IMG/VR virus record: IMGVR_UViG_3300021142_000013
Coordinates: 1 to 64,000 of that record
Length of the DNA stretch: 64,000 nt
Direction: 5' to 3' (one strand)
DNA from: a virus
Shown: in pieces, positions 60,283-64,000 of the stretch
Layout: each line of letters begins with the position of its first letter
How positions within the stretch are numbered: position 1 is the stretch's first letter
The notes under the pieces: model-generated
The model's database searches: none
What the model was told of the DNA's origin: nothing
Seen by the model: only the letters and a program-made list of their open reading frames with translations
Translations under genes and position numbers: made by a program

Positions 60283-61986
60283 ATGAAGAAACTATTACTC
60301 ATATTAGGTTTATTAATAACGTCTTTTGCATCGAACGCGCAATGGTATAATCAGCCATATTATAACGCACATAACTATGGTAACGAATTTGGTAAACTGC
60401 AAATAGACAGTACATTCACTCTATTGTTATTAGATACAAATAATTTATATACAGGAACTGGACACTATCCTTTTATTCTAAGGCTGAATAGTGCAGATAG
60501 TAACTTATATCTTTACAACGGTCTTAATTGGAAAAAAGTAGGTGGAAGTTCAGCTACTCCAACTTTAGATCAAGTATTAACCACTGGAAATACTTCGACA
60601 CATGGTATAACTCTTACAGGTAGTTCTGGTAATATATCTGCACAAGGTATATCAGGAACTTCTTTCACACAAACAAGTTCTAGTACAGCTAATCAGTTTC
60701 CTGGTGGATTACAGACACAATTTATAAATGTAAAAGGAACAGGTGCTACTTTTCAATATCAATTTTTACCTAATCCTAATATATCTCGTAATACAAATTA
60801 CTATTTTGGTGTACAATCAAATTTAGTAGATACTATTGTTACGGACACTAGGTTATTAAATGACACTTTGTCAGGAAGTGGTACTAATGCATTATTAATG
60901 ACTACTGCAGGTACTAATACTAAACTTAGTACTATAACTTTAGATAAAGCAATACAAAACGGACCAAATACAGCTAGAACTCCAGATTTTATTAATGGTT
61001 TTACTGTCAATACACCAACTGCTGATGGTGCTCCTCGATGTTATCTCACTATAAATGGAGGAGTAAATATATATGATACGGCAACAGGTAGTACTAAAGT
61101 AGGACCTTTTGGTGGAGAATATGGTGCAGGTAATGCAAATAATACTATTTTTGGTTATAATATACAAGTACATAGTGAACAATACGCTTCTTTATTTGGT
61201 TATCATGCGGGACAGAATATATCAGGACAAAGTTATAACTCTGGATTTGGTTGGATTGCGTTAGAGAATGTAAGTGGTCCAAGAAATAATGGATTTGGTG
61301 TGGGTGCTTGTGATGCTTGTGGTACAGATAATTGTGGATTTGGATATGACGCAGGAGCTTATAATACTGGTATAAATAAATCTATTTTTATAGGTAATAA
61401 AGCGGGTTATAATCTTGGACATGGAGTTCCTAATATAGATGGTATGTTTGTGATAGATTGTTCTGCTGGAAATGGATACAATTCTTTCCTAATAGGAAAT
61501 GGTGCTGCAGATGGTGGTGGAAATATTACTTCAACTTCTTATTTAGCGAGAAACTATTCGCTAGATAGTCTTTATGGTAAAACTGTTTATTATGATAAAG
61601 TTGGTACACAAGGAGAAGGTCTTGTACCTATATATGCCTATAATAAAATAACTGGACAAACTTCTGCAGGAAATATAACTACTTATACAACTACGGCAGA
61701 CGGTGTATTTGAAGTAAGTGGTTACTTAGCAGTAATAGCAGTTGCTACAGATGTAATAAAATATCAAGTTAGTTATACAGATGAAAACAATAACGCTAGA
61801 ACTCAAGACTTTTATCCTCAAGGTACAACTACTGCTACAATAGCAGCTACAGGTAGTTATCCTTATAGTAGTATGCAAATATGGGTAAAAGCGAGTACGG
61901 TAATAACATTAAAAACATTCCTTACTAATAGTTCAGGTAGTATAACCTTTGATGCTTGTGGTAGTATTAAACAGATAGGTAAATAA
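60283..61986 (+). CDS. fibre/adhesin-like protein with Sec signal peptide
   Basis: MKKLLLILGLLITSFASNA|Q; TLDQVLTTGN fibre motif; NxxFGxxA beta-roll repeats. Confidence 0.7.
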   Translation: MKKLLLILGLLITSFASNAQWYNQPYYNAHNYGNEFGKLQIDSTFTLLLLDTNNLYTGTGHYPFILRLNSADSNLYLYNGLNWKKVGGSSATPTLDQVLTTGNTSTHGITLTGSSGNISAQGISGTSFTQTSSSTANQFPGGLQTQFINVKGTGATFQYQFLPNPNISRNTNYYFGVQSNLVDTIVTDTRLLNDTLSGSGTNALLMTTAGTNTKLSTITLDKAIQNGPNTARTPDFINGFTVNTPTADGAPRCYLTINGGVNIYDTATGSTKVGPFGGEYGAGNANNTIFGYNIQVHSEQYASLFGYHAGQNISGQSYNSGFGWIALENVSGPRNNGFGVGACDACGTDNCGFGYDAGAYNTGINKSIFIGNKAGYNLGHGVPNIDGMFVIDCSAGNGYNSFLIGNGAADGGGNITSTSYLARNYSLDSLYGKTVYYDKVGTQGEGLVPIYAYNKITGQTSAGNITTYTTTADGVFEVSGYLAVIAVATDVIKYQVSYTDENNNARTQDFYPQGTTTATIAATGSYPYSSMQIWVKASTVITLKTFLTNSSGSITFDACGSIKQIGK

Positions 61987-61998
61987 ATTAATTATATA

Positions 61999-62457
61999 AT
62001 GCCTTTTTTTGTACCTTCTTATCCAGGAATAACTAGTACCAATGTATCTATTAATACGGATAACATTGTAACTACTGTTACAAAGGATTGTAAAAGTGCA
62101 AATAATTTAAATGTATTTCAAATAATATTAACCAATAATCATGGGAATAATATTATTTGGGAATATGTAGATAAATCCAGAAGAGATAGTGATTATAGTC
62201 TATTATTAAGTCCTTCCGTTACAGCAAATGTAACTGTATCCGATTTTGTTTATGGAGAAATTGCAACAGGTGTTATAAATGGTTCTAATAATGTTTTTAC
62301 AACAGCATTTAATTTTATAATAAGTACTATACAAGTATTTGTTAATGGAATTGAGCAAACTGTTATAAATGATTTTGTACTTAGTGGTCAAAATATATTA
62401 TTAAATACTTCTCCTATAACAGGAGATATTGTTACAGTTAATTACGTTAAATCTTAA
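61999..62457 (+). CDS. fibre-associated protein
   Basis: C-terminal GxINGSNxxFT...VxxNG...PxxGD domain. Confidence 0.65.
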   Translation: MPFFVPSYPGITSTNVSINTDNIVTTVTKDCKSANNLNVFQIILTNNHGNNIIWEYVDKSRRDSDYSLLLSPSVTANVTVSDFVYGEIATGVINGSNNVFTTAFNFIISTIQVFVNGIEQTVINDFVLSGQNILLNTSPITGDIVTVNYVKS

Positions 62458-62460
62458 AAC

Positions 62461-63357
62461 ATGAGTTCTACACAAATTGCAACTAGACAGATTCAAAACG
62501 GAGCTATTAATGATGCTCAGGTAAATGCTAGTGCTGCAATAGCGTCTAGTAAACTAGCAGATGGTGCTAACTTTGTAAAAAAAGATGGTACTGTTGCGTT
62601 TACAGGTAGTCCTAATGCGGGTAATAATAAAATTATAAATGTAGGTACTCCATCTTCTTCTACAGATGCTACTACTAAAGGATATGTGGATACTGCTATA
62701 TCTAACTTAACTTCTCTTTATCAATATAAGGGTGAGGCACGAGCAGCTACTACAGGAACACTTCCTGCAAATACTTATGCAAATGGTACAGCGGGTACAG
62801 GTGCTACATTAACAGGTAATAGCAATGGTGCTTTGACAGCACAAGATGGCGTTACATTAATAGTTAATGATTACCTATTAGTTAAGAATGAAGCTACTGG
62901 TGCTAATAATGGTTTATATCAACTTACTCAGGTAGGTGATGGTTCACATCCATATATCCTTACTAGGGCAACATCAATGAGTACTACTACTCAGTATCCT
63001 GGTGCTATGATTATAGTACAGTCTGAAGGTAGTACATTAGCTAACACTATCTGGTTGTGTTCTAATGCGGAAGGCTTGACAGTAGGTACTACCGCAATTA
63101 CTTTTGTACAAAGTGCAACAGGTGGATTACAAGCTTCTAACTTTGTAGATAATGAAGTTGTTTCTGGTACTATAAATGGTTCAAATACAACATTTACACT
63201 AGCAAATACTCCAGTATCAGGTACAGTCAAATTGTATTTGAACGGCGTTAGACAACAGTCAGGAGCAGGTAATGACTTTACAATATCTTCAGGAACTATA
63301 ACAATGCTTACTGCTCCGATATCAGGAGATATATTAATCGCCGATTATAGAAAATAA
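62461..63357 (+). CDS. tail fibre-like protein
   Basis: DATTKGYVD, QDGVTL...LVKNE...NNGLY fibre motifs and the same C-terminal domain as the previous gene. Confidence 0.75.
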   Translation: MSSTQIATRQIQNGAINDAQVNASAAIASSKLADGANFVKKDGTVAFTGSPNAGNNKIINVGTPSSSTDATTKGYVDTAISNLTSLYQYKGEARAATTGTLPANTYANGTAGTGATLTGNSNGALTAQDGVTLIVNDYLLVKNEATGANNGLYQLTQVGDGSHPYILTRATSMSTTTQYPGAMIIVQSEGSTLANTIWLCSNAEGLTVGTTAITFVQSATGGLQASNFVDNEVVSGTINGSNTTFTLANTPVSGTVKLYLNGVRQQSGAGNDFTISSGTITMLTAPISGDILIADYRK

Positions 63358-63364
63358 TAAATAA

Positions 63365-64000
63365 ATGAGTGCTACTAAATTAGCTTTTAGACAAATGAAA
63401 GGTGGAGAACCTTCTCAAATGTTAACAGATGCATCAACTATATCTTGGGATTGTAACCTAGGATATGCTGCATATGTTACTATAACTGCTAATAGAACCC
63501 TTTCCATAACTAATATGCAAGATGGTACTGCAGGTATGTTAGAGGTTATTCAGGATGGTACTGGTGGACATACTCTTACAGTTACAGGTGGTACTGTTAC
63601 TTTAAATAGTGCTGCTAGTTCTAGTACAATGATAACTTGGGCATATGTAAATGGTACTTTCTTTTGGGGTACAGGTACAGCAATTCCTACAGCAGGAAGT
63701 ATAACAAATGCCATGTTAGCAGGGTCTATAGCTCCTTCTAACTTACTATATAGAGGGCTATTAATTAATATACAATATCTTACTTCAGGAACTACATATA
63801 CCCCAACTACAGGAACTAATACTGCTGTACTACATATGGTAGGTGGTGGTGGAGGCGGTGGTGGTTGTACTGGTGTATCTTCTGATACTGCTGCTGGTGG
63901 TGGTGGAGCATCTGGAGCATTCTTAATGAAAAGAATTACTGGTGTTACAGGTACATATACTTATGCAATAGGTGGTACTGGTTCAGCAGGTTCTACTTCT
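63365..64000 (+). CDS. glycine-rich tail fibre-like protein, truncated by window edge
   Basis: Hand translation MSATKLAFRQ...LTDASTISWD...IQDGTGGHTL...MVGGGGGGGG...GGGGASG; open to the window end. Confidence 0.75.
   Translation, partial: MSATKLAFRQMKGGEPSQMLTDASTISWDCNLGYAAYVTITANRTLSITNMQDGTAGMLEVIQDGTGGHTLTVTGGTVTLNSAASSSTMITWAYVNGTFFWGTGTAIPTAGSITNAMLAGSIAPSNLLYRGLLINIQYLTSGTTYTPTTGTNTAVLHMVGGGGGGGGCTGVSSDTAAGGGGASGAFLMKRITGVTGTYTYAIGGTGSAGSTS

Noticed and set aside
10621-63230. Short antisense or out-of-frame ORFs inside long genes (e.g. 12990-13223, 15838-16323, 43247-43582, 48070-48504)
   Set aside because: Fully nested in well-supported genes, with compositions mirroring the sense-strand codon bias
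1-64000. Stop-codon reassignment (TAG/TGA), as in some gut crAss-like phages
   Set aside because: Very long ORFs are intact in code 11 and TAG ends real genes; the broken genes are frameshifts or deletions
1-64000. tRNA, rRNA, integrase or transposase genes
   Set aside because: No recognisable cloverleaf or catalytic motifs seen by eye

Overview
This 64 kb AT-rich window is part of a crAss-like (Crassvirales-type) podophage genome, most likely from an environmental lineage infecting Bacteroidota. It uses the standard genetic code. Positions 1-5.1 kb hold mostly small leftward genes, decayed genes (a NADAR relic and a frameshifted DUF559-like nuclease), a RepL-like gene preceded by 21-bp iteron-like repeats, and a candidate structured RNA. 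From about 5.3 kb a long rightward virion module follows: intein-containing large terminase, portal, scaffold-like protein, major capsid protein, ring/tail proteins, GH24 lysozyme, Cys-rich fibre proteins, holin-like protein, metallophosphoesterase, two HU/IHF-like proteins, tail tubular and stabilisation (muzzle) proteins, cargo proteins (one with a lytic transglycosylase domain), a 3895-aa virion RNA polymerase polyprotein, a second giant ejection protein and a fibre cluster. Several Bacteroidota-type promoters (TTTG-N20-TAnnTTTG) support the host assignment. The most novel candidate system is a tightly packed glycosyltransferase + M20/M28-type metallohydrolase + PurD-like ATP-grasp ligase cassette (50.7-54.5 kb) lying between the ejection-protein genes. 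The same virion carries poly-Thr tracts, and the fibre cluster includes a signal-peptide-bearing protein rich in Bacteroidota O-glycosylation motifs. Together these suggest a phage glyco/aminoacyl decoration system (inference). All calls come from motif recognition and gene order; no searches were run.
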